This document shows, one piece after another, positions 23,801 to 32,364 of a DNA stretch of 64,000 nt. Position 1 is the first letter of the stretch. Each line of letters begins with the position of its first letter. Under the pieces are notes generated by a model. The model did not search any database. It worked only from the letters and a program-made list of their open reading frames with translations, and was not told where the DNA came from. The DNA is from Gammaproteobacteria bacterium (lineage in GTDB: Bacteria; Pseudomonadota; Gammaproteobacteria; UBA4575): positions 5,139 to 69,138 of the forward strand of contig JABDMD010000184.1 of the NCBI GenBank assembly GCA_013001685.1, given 5' to 3'. The position numbers and the translations under genes were made by a program.

Positions 23801-24232
23801 AGCAATGAAACACTGAAGTTAGCAGTAAAATCTTCACTAGGGGTAAAGATTAAAGCTCAGGATTTCGAAAGTGCAGTTAACGAAGTTAAAAATTGCTTGA
23901 AAACACTTGAACTACGTCATGTGTTCAATTCTACAGGTGATCAAAAAGTTTTGAAAGAAGTACCAATAAGCTTTATTAAAAACGGCAAGGTTTTATATCG
24001 AATAATTGATCATCTAGTGATTGATGATAACCAAGCCTGGATTATAGATTACAAGACAACGAGAGAAGTAAGTGTCGATAGCATGCAAGAAGCAGCAGAA
24101 CAGCACCAAAATCAAATCAGCACATACATATATGCAGTAAAAAAACTTTATCCGGAGAAATCTATTCGCGCATCTATATTATTTACTGCAATCCCAGCAC
24201 TATATGATATTGAACCAGAAGCGCTGAAATAA
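20828..24232 (+). CDS. AddA-like ATP-dependent helicase-nuclease (UvrD/Rep SF1 helicase with C-terminal PD-(D/E)XK nuclease)
   Basis: 1134 aa. Walker A (ASAGSGKTH) near the N-terminus, UvrD-like motifs (DEFQDTNP, GDAKQSIYGFRRA). C-terminal nuclease motif IIDHLVIDDNQAWIIDYKTT (D..D-Y-K). Confidence 0.7.
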   Translation: MAYQKSNLAKSNQTIADKTALAINPEANIAVFASAGSGKTHLLVHRILKLLLSDVDPSQILAITFTRKAAAEMQERLMKVLAEWATADDTQVKTTLQSLSHPNDAASIAKTRKLYEELLFSEYEIRITTFHAFCQDILKRFAIHAGVPAGFRVTETNDELKQEARKRLLKAANHKNKQLSDALFTLLQHCSTVNNVNEVLDTFINSRSDWLSFTENQNDPVGYAELCLNRLIFPPQTGKNQNPSDLIPALHEYLSYISAHKTKTYQSYCELLSAFVVQTQPEKEQLDIILPVFFTRKMEKREIKTSKSLEKSLGADKTQAFISLHDAISEQITNYLDTIKKEKLLEFNQAWFYAGHYLLDEYQKLKFSQHTLDFDDLEWYTYLLLNQHESAAWIQYKLDQRIQHILIDEFQDTNPTQWNLIFPLLTELAIDSHESHRSLFFVGDAKQSIYGFRRANSELQLTAAEWAKENLNAQLLETDDSYRSSPAIINFVNKIFSQQDIELNNFNSHKAVQSDLWGHVQVNQLCYAEAPETENQIQLGFRDPLLKASVSIEYDSHHLEGLQVASKISELIADATPIMENQSPRATKYSDIIILARNRTHLAQLEHALREQHIPYSSIYDGEFLSQLEVQDILSLLTYLIQSHNDLALAQVLRSPLYGMNDQDLMEISCQPETSWHEKLKSYAQTSKSILAKQAFEQLQDWRSMANTLPVHDLLDRIYFDTNLLSRYSNSLPSDYAGGINSQVLDNLTALLQLSLDLDAGRYSSIQSFLSSLQNKQVSNTSFCTKPTDNDNAVKIMTIHSAKGLEAPVVFLVDTGPKKPQLNTYKPIINWPSDARRPEQFFLLGRKDSVDKTTQSIIDQQLTTNWKEELNLLYVALTRAKQYLFITGTASKQTATKSWHSIISDALSENFKDLSSESWHAEHGLPPSIKSQESKQIDKSIAMDFDLSKPFTTQEITNDDAEQTGPENVEHANYGTLVHKVFELIEQKHSQSNETLKLAVKSSLGVKIKAQDFESAVNEVKNCLKTLELRHVFNSTGDQKVLKEVPISFIKNGKVLYRIIDHLVIDDNQAWIIDYKTTREVSVDSMQEAAEQHQNQISTYIYAVKKLYPEKSIRASILFTAIPALYDIEPEALK

Positions 24233-24234
24233 TT

Positions 24235-24257
24235 AACTTGGCCTTAGTTAGCAAGTT
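24235..24257. terminator. Small hairpin at the convergent junction of the AddA-like gene and dsbC
   Basis: AACTTG - 11 nt loop - CAAGTT followed by agtttgattt. It overlaps the dsbC stop. Weak. Confidence 0.25.
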
Positions 24258-24984
24258 AGTTTGATTTAGCTTGTTCATCCAACATCGCAGCCAAATCTTT
24301 AGCTGGACGATACCCAGGGATTAGCGTGCCATCACCTAACAATAAAGCCGGTGTTCCTGTAACACCCAACTGCTGACCAACGTTGAATTGCGATGCAATT
24401 GGATTATCACAATTTGCTTGTGGAAGGCTCTCACCCAACTTCGCCATTGTCATAGAAACTTGCTGGTCTTTTGCACACCAAACATTAACTGCTTTCTGAA
24501 ACGATGGCGTATTTGGACCACTGCGAGGAAACATCATGTAACGCACCTTTACACCATAACTATTTAACTCATCCATTTCTGCATGCAACTTCCTGCAGTA
24601 ACCACAATCGATATCTGTAAACACGGTTAATGTATGACGAGGTTTTTCAGGAGAAAACACAATCATTTCAGATTCATCAAGTTTACCCATCAATCCTTTA
24701 CGAATATCTGTACGAGTTGTTTCTGTTAAGTTCTCATTAGTATCTAAATCCACTAACGCACCTTGCAACACATAACGACCGTCACCCGAGGTGTAAAAAA
24801 TATCAGAACCAAAAACTACTTCGTACAATCCATTAATAGCCGTAGGCCTTATAGACTCCGGCTTATCTTGTGGTGCTAATTTTTCTAAGCGTTCGGTAAT
24901 ATTCGCAATATCTTCTGCTTCGCCAGCCCATGATATTTGCACACAGAAAATGGCAATGATGAAAAATATGCTCAACTTATACAT
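24256..24984 (-). CDS. dsbC: Periplasmic thiol:disulfide interchange protein (DsbC/DsbG family)
   Basis: 242 aa. Signal peptide and CGYC active site (DIDCGYCRKLH). xerD-dsbC adjacency is as in E. coli. Confidence 0.7.
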   Translation of the reverse strand: MYKLSIFFIIAIFCVQISWAGEAEDIANITERLEKLAPQDKPESIRPTAINGLYEVVFGSDIFYTSGDGRYVLQGALVDLDTNENLTETTRTDIRKGLMGKLDESEMIVFSPEKPRHTLTVFTDIDCGYCRKLHAEMDELNSYGVKVRYMMFPRSGPNTPSFQKAVNVWCAKDQQVSMTMAKLGESLPQANCDNPIASQFNVGQQLGVTGTPALLLGDGTLIPGYRPAKDLAAMLDEQAKSN

Positions 24985-25086
24985 GGATATTTCCCTGTTA
25001 TATTTAAATTGGATAGAGGCCTTAATAAACCCTACTATATAAGACCTGAATCTAGGAGAATAATTTCATCCTTTGGAGTGGTGAAA

Positions 25087-26004
25087 TTACCCTCTTGGAT
25101 GGTGTTTTCGGTGCAACTCCTGCAATCTTGCCTGAGCTACATGAGTGTATATCTGTGTGGTAGACAAATCACTATGCCCAAGCAACATTTGAACAACCCG
25201 TAAATCCGCCCCATGATTTAACAGATGTGTCGCAAAAGCATGGCGAAGAGTATGCGGAGATAGATGTTTTGAGATACCGACATTTTTCGCATGTTTTTTA
25301 ATTAGATGCCAAAACGCTTGACGGGTCATCGCAGTGCCACGATTAGAAATAAATAAGGCATCGCTCTGGCGATTATTTTTAAGTAGATCTGCACGTGCTT
25401 CATTAATAAATCGCGAAATCCATTCGTTCGCCTGTTCACCAAATGGAATCAAACGCTCTTTATTACCTTTGCCAGTAACGCGAATCACACCGTGATTCAA
25501 ATTCACCTGACCCAAGGTTAAACCGATTAATTCGCTCACTCGTAAGCCACAAGCATAAAGCACTTCTAACATAGCCCGATCTCTAATCCCATGTGATTTA
25601 TTAACGTTAGGTGCTGCAAGTAAACGATCTACCTCTTCCTCTGTTAAGGTTTCAGGTAAAGGCCTACCCAACTTTGGAAATTCGATTTGCGATGATGGAT
25701 CTTTTTGAACAGCTCCTTGGCGCACTAGATAACGATAAAAACGACGAATACTTGAAAGCAATCGAGCAGAAGTACGCGGCATACTTCCCTGCTGCACTCG
25801 ATACGATAAATAATCTAATAAATGATCACGTCGTGCCTCTGTAATATTAACCGTTGCTTTGGATAACCACTTGGATAAACCAATTAAATCATTACGATAA
25901 GCAGATAAAGTGTTTTCACTTAACCCATGCTCAACCCATAGCGTATCCAAAAACGCCTCAATAACGGGCTGATCGGACGGCAAACTATAAGAAGAATCAC
26001 TCAT
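25087..26004 (-). CDS. xerD: Tyrosine site-specific recombinase XerD
   Basis: 305 aa. C-terminal catalytic region HTLRHAFATHLL...LLGHSDLSTTQIYTHV. Next to dsbC. Confidence 0.75.
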   Translation of the reverse strand: MSDSSYSLPSDQPVIEAFLDTLWVEHGLSENTLSAYRNDLIGLSKWLSKATVNITEARRDHLLDYLSYRVQQGSMPRTSARLLSSIRRFYRYLVRQGAVQKDPSSQIEFPKLGRPLPETLTEEEVDRLLAAPNVNKSHGIRDRAMLEVLYACGLRVSELIGLTLGQVNLNHGVIRVTGKGNKERLIPFGEQANEWISRFINEARADLLKNNRQSDALFISNRGTAMTRQAFWHLIKKHAKNVGISKHLSPHTLRHAFATHLLNHGADLRVVQMLLGHSDLSTTQIYTHVAQARLQELHRKHHPRG

Positions 26005-26240
26005 AAAGATATGAGAACAAAAGCAACTCGGTTACGATGAAAACATGAATGATAAATTTCAAATACTTGCAAAGTAGCTCCTATAACTTCTTGGCTAATT
26101 CTTACCATATCGTTTCGGCATAATCATTTCTAATTATTATCATTATTTCGGGAATGAAATGGATATACTTGTATATAAGATGCAAGTCTATGAATTTCAC
26201 GTAATAAAATCAACTTTTATACTTTATTTTAGATTTCGAC

Positions 26241-26675
26241 ATGCAAGCCAAAGATTATAAACAAAACAGCAAACAAAACGTTTCTTTACTAAGACGTTTT
26301 GGCGCAATTCTCTATGATTCCTTTTTGTTATTAACTGCATTATTCGTTGCTGCTTTTTTAATAGTAATCCCTACTGACATTAAACCCGAAGACTCATATT
26401 TCTTTTTATTTCAAGCGTATATCTTTCTTATTGCATATCTTTTCTTTGCATGGTTTTGGACTCGCGATGGCCAAACACTTGGCATGCGCACTTGGAAAAT
26501 GAAACTCGTGATGGAAAACGGTTCAAAAGTTACTTGGGGACCCGCCTTATTACGTTTTGCAATTGCAATGGTTTCTTGGCTTGCGCTTGGTCTAGGGTTT
26601 TTATGGAGCCTATGGGACAAACAACATCGCACCTGGCACGACATCGCCTCCAAAACAAAACTTATAAGAACTTAA
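26241..26675 (+). CDS. RDD-family membrane protein
   Basis: 144 aa. Two hydrophobic segments and an RDGQTLGM...W motif characteristic of the RDD domain. Confidence 0.55.
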   Translation: MQAKDYKQNSKQNVSLLRRFGAILYDSFLLLTALFVAAFLIVIPTDIKPEDSYFFLFQAYIFLIAYLFFAWFWTRDGQTLGMRTWKMKLVMENGSKVTWGPALLRFAIAMVSWLALGLGFLWSLWDKQHRTWHDIASKTKLIRT

Positions 26676-26684
26676 ACGTACTTA

Positions 26685-26880
26685 CATGGATGATTCGCAC
26701 GACTGCATGGATGCAGAAGTAACACAGGAGCAGTTCCGAGGATGATGCATAAGTGCCTCAGGAGACGGGGCGACTATCATGATGGCTGATTTGCTTGACG
26801 TAGGATGCAGGTTCTAATGCGTCGGGAGCGACCGTACGAATATGTCGCATCCTGAATGATGCGTTCAGATTAAAACTTTC
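26685..26880 (+). ncRNA. Candidate CsrB/RsmY/RsmZ-family sRNA (GGA-motif-rich, GC-enriched intergenic island)
   Basis: Seven GGA motifs in 140 nt (26688, 26709, 26727, 26740, 26761, 26803, 26825), mostly in an AUGGAUG / CAGGAG / UAGGAUG context. Local GC is about 50% against a roughly 38% background. Multiple short hairpins. No credible ORF. Confidence 0.3.
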
Positions 26881-26995
26881 CTTTAAGACAATCTCCGCTT
26901 TCAGCCAATTGCGGTCATTAGAGCTATTATCCTCTTGCAATTATATTTTTGTTTTTGCAAGGTAGTAAAAACTAATATTTGATGGCTATTATTTT

Positions 26996-27391
26996 ATGCG
27001 CCTGCTGAAACCTTTCCAAAGACTCTTACTGGGTTTGATTTTGTTTATAATAGGAGACTATAGCTATAGCCTGGGCCGCTGGAATACTGGTGAGACTTTA
27101 ATTCTTCATTGTAACGCTACATTAAAACTTCAGGATATCAATAATCCAACACCAGAAGATCATGCAAGATCGGTAGGATGTTTAAGTTACTTAGAAGGTG
27201 TCAAGCAACTACTTTATAAGCAAGAGTCTTTTACTCAAGAAAGAAATATCTGTTTCCCAGAGACAGGAATCAGCAATGGTCAAGCTGCAAGGATAGTAGT
27301 TAATTTTTCAAATGAGCACCCAGAAAAACTACAGGAGCACAAATTGGATCTTGTGCTTAAAGCATTTGCACATGCGTTCCCTTGCGAATGA
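26996..27391 (+). CDS. Hypothetical secreted 4-Cys protein
   Basis: 131 aa. N-terminal hydrophobic signal-like segment and four Cys. No family recognised. Confidence 0.4.
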   Translation: MRLLKPFQRLLLGLILFIIGDYSYSLGRWNTGETLILHCNATLKLQDINNPTPEDHARSVGCLSYLEGVKQLLYKQESFTQERNICFPETGISNGQAARIVVNFSNEHPEKLQEHKLDLVLKAFAHAFPCE

Positions 27392-27469
27392 AATAGTTTC
27401 TTTAAATCTATTTTTTATTACAAAAGACGGTCAGGCGAATGTCTGCTTTCGGCCAGTAGTAAGCGGATA

Positions 27470-28585
27470 TTAAGCCATCTTCCGTAACGCTAAGGTAGCT
27501 ACAGCTATGACAATTAGTGTTGGCAAAAAAGCTCCCACAACAGGTGGAATGTCATACACCACACTGGTATTACTTAAAACTTTACTTATTAAATTAAATA
27601 TCACTGCGATACCAATTCCTAGTGCAATACGCTGGCCTAAACCCCCAGCTCGTACTGAGCGAAATACAAACGGTACTGCGAGTAATAACATCGCTAAACC
27701 TGATAACGGCACAGCAAAACGATTAAAATAGGCAAGTTGATAACGTTTAGAATCTAACTCGTTATCATTTAAATAACCGATATACTTTTTCAGTTTAATG
27801 GCACCCATGTATTCGGGTTTTACAGTTATCACATCAAACAATTCAGTTGAAACCAGGCGCTCCCAATGTTCTTCTTCTGCCGCAACCGTCTCCACACCAC
27901 TTTTAGAAATTAAACTATGCTTAATGCTTGACAGTTTCCAGACGTTATTTTCATATACGGCTTGTTTAGCAAAACTTGCGCGCTTTAATTTGTAGTATTC
28001 ATCTAACTCATAGATCCAGACATCCCGCATTCGATAATCTGGATAGATTTCTTGTGCATTGATATAGCGATCGTTATCACGCACCCAAATACCGTATTTT
28101 GAACGCAATGATATTTTCTTAATATCACCTTTCCCACCATCAGTATTCACATCTCGTACTTGGCTTTTACTTAAGCTATTTGCGTACCCTTGAGCTGTTG
28201 GTACCACCATTTCCCCAACCCAAACACTAATACCGATTAATACAATTCCAACTTTGAGCACTGACCAAATTATTCGCAACTTGCTAATTCCTACTGATCG
28301 CAATGCTACTAACTCACTTTTAGCTGCTAAACCTCCTAAACCAATTAGCGCACCTAATAAAAGTGCCGTTGGCATAAATTCATATAAGCGCTGAGGCATT
28401 TCAAACAGTAATCTCAATATTACATGTCCAAACGTAAAGCCACGGTCATCGACAGATTCAATATCATTTATAAAATCGATAATCGAATCAATAGCAAATA
28501 AAACGAATAACGCAAATAATGTTCCAATAAATACAGTTCTTCCTAAATAACGATCGAAGTATTTAAACATATTCATGTTAAGCAC
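27470..28585 (-). CDS. lptG: LPS export ABC permease LptG
   Basis: 371 aa YjgP/YjgQ permease. Overlaps lptF by 8 nt, and lptFG lies divergent from pepA as in E. coli. Confidence 0.75.
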   Translation of the reverse strand: MLNMNMFKYFDRYLGRTVFIGTLFALFVLFAIDSIIDFINDIESVDDRGFTFGHVILRLLFEMPQRLYEFMPTALLLGALIGLGGLAAKSELVALRSVGISKLRIIWSVLKVGIVLIGISVWVGEMVVPTAQGYANSLSKSQVRDVNTDGGKGDIKKISLRSKYGIWVRDNDRYINAQEIYPDYRMRDVWIYELDEYYKLKRASFAKQAVYENNVWKLSSIKHSLISKSGVETVAAEEEHWERLVSTELFDVITVKPEYMGAIKLKKYIGYLNDNELDSKRYQLAYFNRFAVPLSGLAMLLLAVPFVFRSVRAGGLGQRIALGIGIAVIFNLISKVLSNTSVVYDIPPVVGAFLPTLIVIAVATLALRKMA

Positions 28586-29645
28586 CTAAGCGTCGCCGAA
28601 AACTTAAAATAATTACTAACACAAGCATGGCAGCATGTACTGCAAACATTCCTGGAACTGTGTGAAGTTTCCCATCAGCCACCCAGGTTTCTGCAAGAAT
28701 GAGTAAATTTGAATAAATTAAATATATAACGATAGCAATTGCCAATCCTGCAAAACGACCTTGCCTTGGATTGGTAACACTTAAAGGAAAGGCCAATAAA
28801 GCTAGAAGAATAGCTGCGATAGGCACTGATATACGCCACTGAAACTCTGCAATATCGGGTAACTGTTTTGACTCCAGTAATTCAGTAGTAGATTTAAATT
28901 CTGGATCTTGTATATCGACATTTAAATCAAACTCAGGAATACGCACCGCATGTTGATCAAAGGACAATAAGGTAAACCCCCCTTCTCCAGGCGTTCCTTC
29001 ATAACGCTGACCTTTTTTAAGAATCAACGATTCACCACCAAGCTCTGCTAAATTTTTCTGCTCTGCATGCCGTGCTGTTTCAATCGCAACGTTTCCTTCT
29101 TTTCGGTCGTAGATAAAAACATTTTTAACTTCACCAGATTCTCGATCTGATTGCTCAACAAAAATCACCCAGTTGCCTTGGTTGGATTCTATGAATTGGC
29201 CAGGTGTTAAGCTATATATATCGGTGAGACCTCGAGCTTTTTGTTTTATGGTTTCAATTTGTTGTTCAGCCCATGGCGCCGAATAAATTGAAAGGTAAAA
29301 TAAAAAAGCTATTAATGGTATGAAAATCAAACTCGCATAACGCAATAATAAACTGGAACCAATTCCACTGGCTTTAATCGCATATATCTCACTATCGCGA
29401 TAATAACGACCCAAAGTAAGCATGATGGTAAGCAATAACGCAAAAGGGATTAATAAAATTGCAGATTTTAAAATTCCAAGACCCAACATCGAAACCACAA
29501 CATCTGCAGGCAGTTTTCCCTTCATCACTTTTGCAAGCAGACTCACAAATGATTGGCCCACAATAACCAGCAACAGCACAGTACTTACGCCGGCGAAAGT
29601 TTGAGCAAGTTCTTTTGAAAAGTATCGGTTTAAAGTAGAAAACAT
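28578..29645 (-). CDS. lptF: LPS export ABC permease LptF
   Basis: 355 aa YjgP/YjgQ permease. It is first in the lptFG pair, adjacent to the pepA upstream region. Confidence 0.75.
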   Translation of the reverse strand: MFSTLNRYFSKELAQTFAGVSTVLLLVIVGQSFVSLLAKVMKGKLPADVVVSMLGLGILKSAILLIPFALLLTIMLTLGRYYRDSEIYAIKASGIGSSLLLRYASLIFIPLIAFLFYLSIYSAPWAEQQIETIKQKARGLTDIYSLTPGQFIESNQGNWVIFVEQSDRESGEVKNVFIYDRKEGNVAIETARHAEQKNLAELGGESLILKKGQRYEGTPGEGGFTLLSFDQHAVRIPEFDLNVDIQDPEFKSTTELLESKQLPDIAEFQWRISVPIAAILLALLAFPLSVTNPRQGRFAGLAIAIVIYLIYSNLLILAETWVADGKLHTVPGMFAVHAAMLVLVIILSFRRRLGA

Positions 29646-29730
29646 TTGCGATTTTTAGCGAATCAGACCAGATCCCTTGGTTACATTTAACCCAATATTA
29701 GCAATAATGCAGCAAACACAAACAGTTTAA

Positions 29731-31239
29731 TTGAGGATTATCATGGATTACATTGCAAAAACCACTTCCGTAGACAAAGAAACCGCTGATTGTGTAGTGG
29801 TGGGTATATTCAAATCTAAACGTTTAAGTGATTCTGCCAAAAAACTAGATAAGCTTTATCGAGGCAGCATATCTAATGCTGTACAACGCGGTATCGCAGG
29901 TGGCAGCTTAGAACAAATCACTACTTTGCATAATTCTGCTCGTAGTAAACATAACTGCATTATCGTAGTCGGCTGCGGTGAGCAAAATGAATTCACTATT
30001 AGTACCTTTCAAAGAGTTCTGGCTACGGTAGCTAATGAAATTAAACGCATCAAAACTAGCAATGTAATCAATTGCTTGACTGAACTGCCTGTTAAAAATG
30101 CAGATGCACTCACTAAAGCGCAACTGAGTGTTACCGCTATTGAATCTGCAATGTATAGCTACAGCAAAACCAAACCCAGTGCAGCTAATTCAAAAACATA
30201 CCTTAAGAAGCAAAAGTTTATTACTCATGACCGACAAGATATTGCCGACATACGTGACGGCATTGAAATTGGTCAAGCCATTTCAACTGGAATGAATTTA
30301 GCCAAAGAACTCGGCAATTTACCCGGAAATATTTGCACACCTACTTATCTTGCTGAGCAAGCTCAAGCATTAAAAAATGGTAATCGAAAATTAAAAGTAA
30401 CTGTGCTTGAAGAGACACAAATGAAAAAACTTGGTATGGGTGCACTTCTTTCAGTTTCAAATGGAAGCATTGAACCGGCCAAACTGGTAACCATGGAATA
30501 TAACGGTGGAAATGATGATGAATGTCCAATCGTCTTGGTTGGCAAAGGCATTACCTTCGACACCGGTGGCATCTCATTAAAACCGGGTGCAACCATGGAT
30601 GAGATGAAATTTGATATGTGCGGTGCTGCAAGTGTTTTAGGAACCATGAAAGCCTGTTGCGAACTAGAGATACCGATCAATGTAGTCGGCGTTATCGCTT
30701 GTGCTGAAAATATGCCGGATGGCAATGCCACCAAACCAGGCGATGTGGTGACCACCATGTCAGGCCAAACAGTAGAAATTTTAAATACCGACGCAGAAGG
30801 TCGTTTGGTGTTGTGCGATGCTCTAACTTATGTTGATAAATTTGATCCGGAAGTAGTAATTGATATTGCAACACTTACCGGGGCATGTGTAGTCGCTTTA
30901 GGTCAAATACCTTCAGGCGTGATGAGCAATGATGATGAGCTTGCAAAAGACCTTATAAAAGCTGGAGAACTAACCGGTGACCGTACCTGGCAGTTACCAT
31001 TATGGGACGAATATCAGTCACAATTGGATAGCAACTTTGCCGATATTGCTAACATTGGTGGCCGCTGGGGTGGCACAATCACTGCAGCGTGTTTTCTTTC
31101 TAGATTCACCAAAAAGTATACCTGGGCACATTTAGACATTGCAGGAATTGCTTGGCATCAGGGTAAGCAGAAAGGTGCCACAGGTAGACCAGTGCCATTG
31201 CTTACAGAATACTTATTACATCAAGCTTATGAGTTTTAA
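29731..31239 (+). CDS. pepA: Cytosol (leucyl) aminopeptidase
   Basis: 502 aa M17 peptidase. NTDAEGRL signature and [11 protein letters not shown] motif. Confidence 0.85.
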   Translation: MRIIMDYIAKTTSVDKETADCVVVGIFKSKRLSDSAKKLDKLYRGSISNAVQRGIAGGSLEQITTLHNSARSKHNCIIVVGCGEQNEFTISTFQRVLATVANEIKRIKTSNVINCLTELPVKNADALTKAQLSVTAIESAMYSYSKTKPSAANSKTYLKKQKFITHDRQDIADIRDGIEIGQAISTGMNLAKELGNLPGNICTPTYLAEQAQALKNGNRKLKVTVLEETQMKKLGMGALLSVSNGSIEPAKLVTMEYNGGNDDECPIVLVGKGITFDTGGISLKPGATMDEMKFDMCGAASVLGTMKACCELEIPINVVGVIACAENMPDGNATKPGDVVTTMSGQTVEILNTDAEGRLVLCDALTYVDKFDPEVVIDIATLTGACVVALGQIPSGVMSNDDELAKDLIKAGELTGDRTWQLPLWDEYQSQLDSNFADIANIGGRWGGTITAACFLSRFTKKYTWAHLDIAGIAWHQGKQKGATGRPVPLLTEYLLHQAYEF

Positions 31240-31248
31240 TCCCTGTAT

Positions 31249-31704
31249 ATGGCCGACACTGAAACACCGCGCGTAGATTTTTACGTAACTAAAGACACTA
31301 GCCCACAATTTGTACTTCAAACTGCATGTCGAATTGCGGAAAAGGCTTTCTCAGCAGGCCACCGTATCCACATACTTATGCGCAGTACAGACGATTGTGA
31401 AAAACTGAATACTTTGCTTTGGACTTTCCGTGACCGCAGCTTCATTCCTCACGAAATCTCCAGCTCACAAATCGACAACTGCCCAGTAACTATTAGCACG
31501 GAAATCGGCCCAGATAATGAGTCTGCTCATTCTGATATGCTACTTAATGTAACGCATGAGATTCCGGATAATTTCAAGCAATTTCAGAGGATTGCAGAAA
31601 TCATTGATAATCAGCCCGATGCCATTGTCGCTGGTCGTGAACGCTATCGCTTTTATCGTGAGAATGGCCTTAATCCCCAGCACCATGAAGTATCCTCTGC
31701 TTGA
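31249..31704 (+). CDS. holC: DNA polymerase III chi subunit
   Basis: 151 aa. pepA-holC-valS synteny and conserved C-terminal YRFYRENG segment, analogous to the E. coli HolC C-terminus. Confidence 0.65.
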   Translation: MADTETPRVDFYVTKDTSPQFVLQTACRIAEKAFSAGHRIHILMRSTDDCEKLNTLLWTFRDRSFIPHEISSSQIDNCPVTISTEIGPDNESAHSDMLLNVTHEIPDNFKQFQRIAEIIDNQPDAIVAGRERYRFYRENGLNPQHHEVSSA

Positions 31705-31730
31705 CTTAATCAATTATTTCTCTTGCTTCT

Positions 31731-32159
31731 ATGGATGGAAACAACGCTAAAAAGGCACCGGTCTTGGACCATTTAGTGGGTACCACTAATGCCCCATTAG
31801 GCAACAAACCCACCTCTTCTACCAAACAACAGACACAGGCTAAAGCTAAGCCTGTTTTGGCTTCAATGAAAGGCGATAACCCACCTACAGGCGCTACAAA
31901 AAATTCAGCTTTTAGAGACCCTAGTGGTAAACCTATTCCCAGTGCAATTATTCAGCCAGAAAACCAAAACCAGCAGAACGAAAATCCTCAAGATGGCAAC
32001 CAACCACAAAATAGACGTACCGATAAGTCCGAATTTGAGATTGAACTGGCAAGAACAGTTAACAAGATAATGCTCAAGCATTTTGAACATGCTAGCGAAC
32101 AAATTGTGCAACAAGTACTCAGTGAAGTTCGCGCTCGTCTCCCAGGCCGAAGAAAGTAA
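31731..32159 (+). CDS. Hypothetical low-complexity (Q/N/P/K-rich) protein
   Basis: 142 aa. The first about 100 residues are compositionally biased and probably disordered; only the last about 40 look globular. Confidence 0.35.
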   Translation: MDGNNAKKAPVLDHLVGTTNAPLGNKPTSSTKQQTQAKAKPVLASMKGDNPPTGATKNSAFRDPSGKPIPSAIIQPENQNQQNENPQDGNQPQNRRTDKSEFEIELARTVNKIMLKHFEHASEQIVQQVLSEVRARLPGRRK

Positions 32160-32364
32160 TCCCATAAAGCCCAACCTACCGCTGCTTACAATCTAGTTCA
32201 GTGACCCTATCTTGTTTACTGTGTGGGTTATCGTGTGAGTTAGATTTATATTGTTATACTAGTAGCTTGCAAGGGCTTCTCGTCTCACTGCATCATACGA
32301 ACTAATAACAATTCGAATAACACCTCAAACACTTGATCGTCTCAATATAGTCCCAAATCTCGAC

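Noticed and set aside
26690-26900. Alternative identities for the GC-rich island: tRNA, tmRNA, RNase P RNA, SRP RNA, 6S RNA, riboswitch
   Set aside because: No T-loop (GTTCRAATC) or tRNA cloverleaf. No RNase P P4 motif (AGGAAAGTCCGGGC), no 4.5S core (AGGTCAGGTCCGGAAGG), no tmRNA termini. No recognisable riboswitch cores (TPP, glycine, Mn, fluoride) on inspection. The GGA periodicity fits CsrB-type sRNA better. A covariance-model search is still needed.
26758-26940. 60 aa minus-strand ORF inside the GC-rich intergenic island
   Set aside because: No ribosome-binding site and an odd composition. The region is better explained as structured RNA (GGA-motif island) than as coding.
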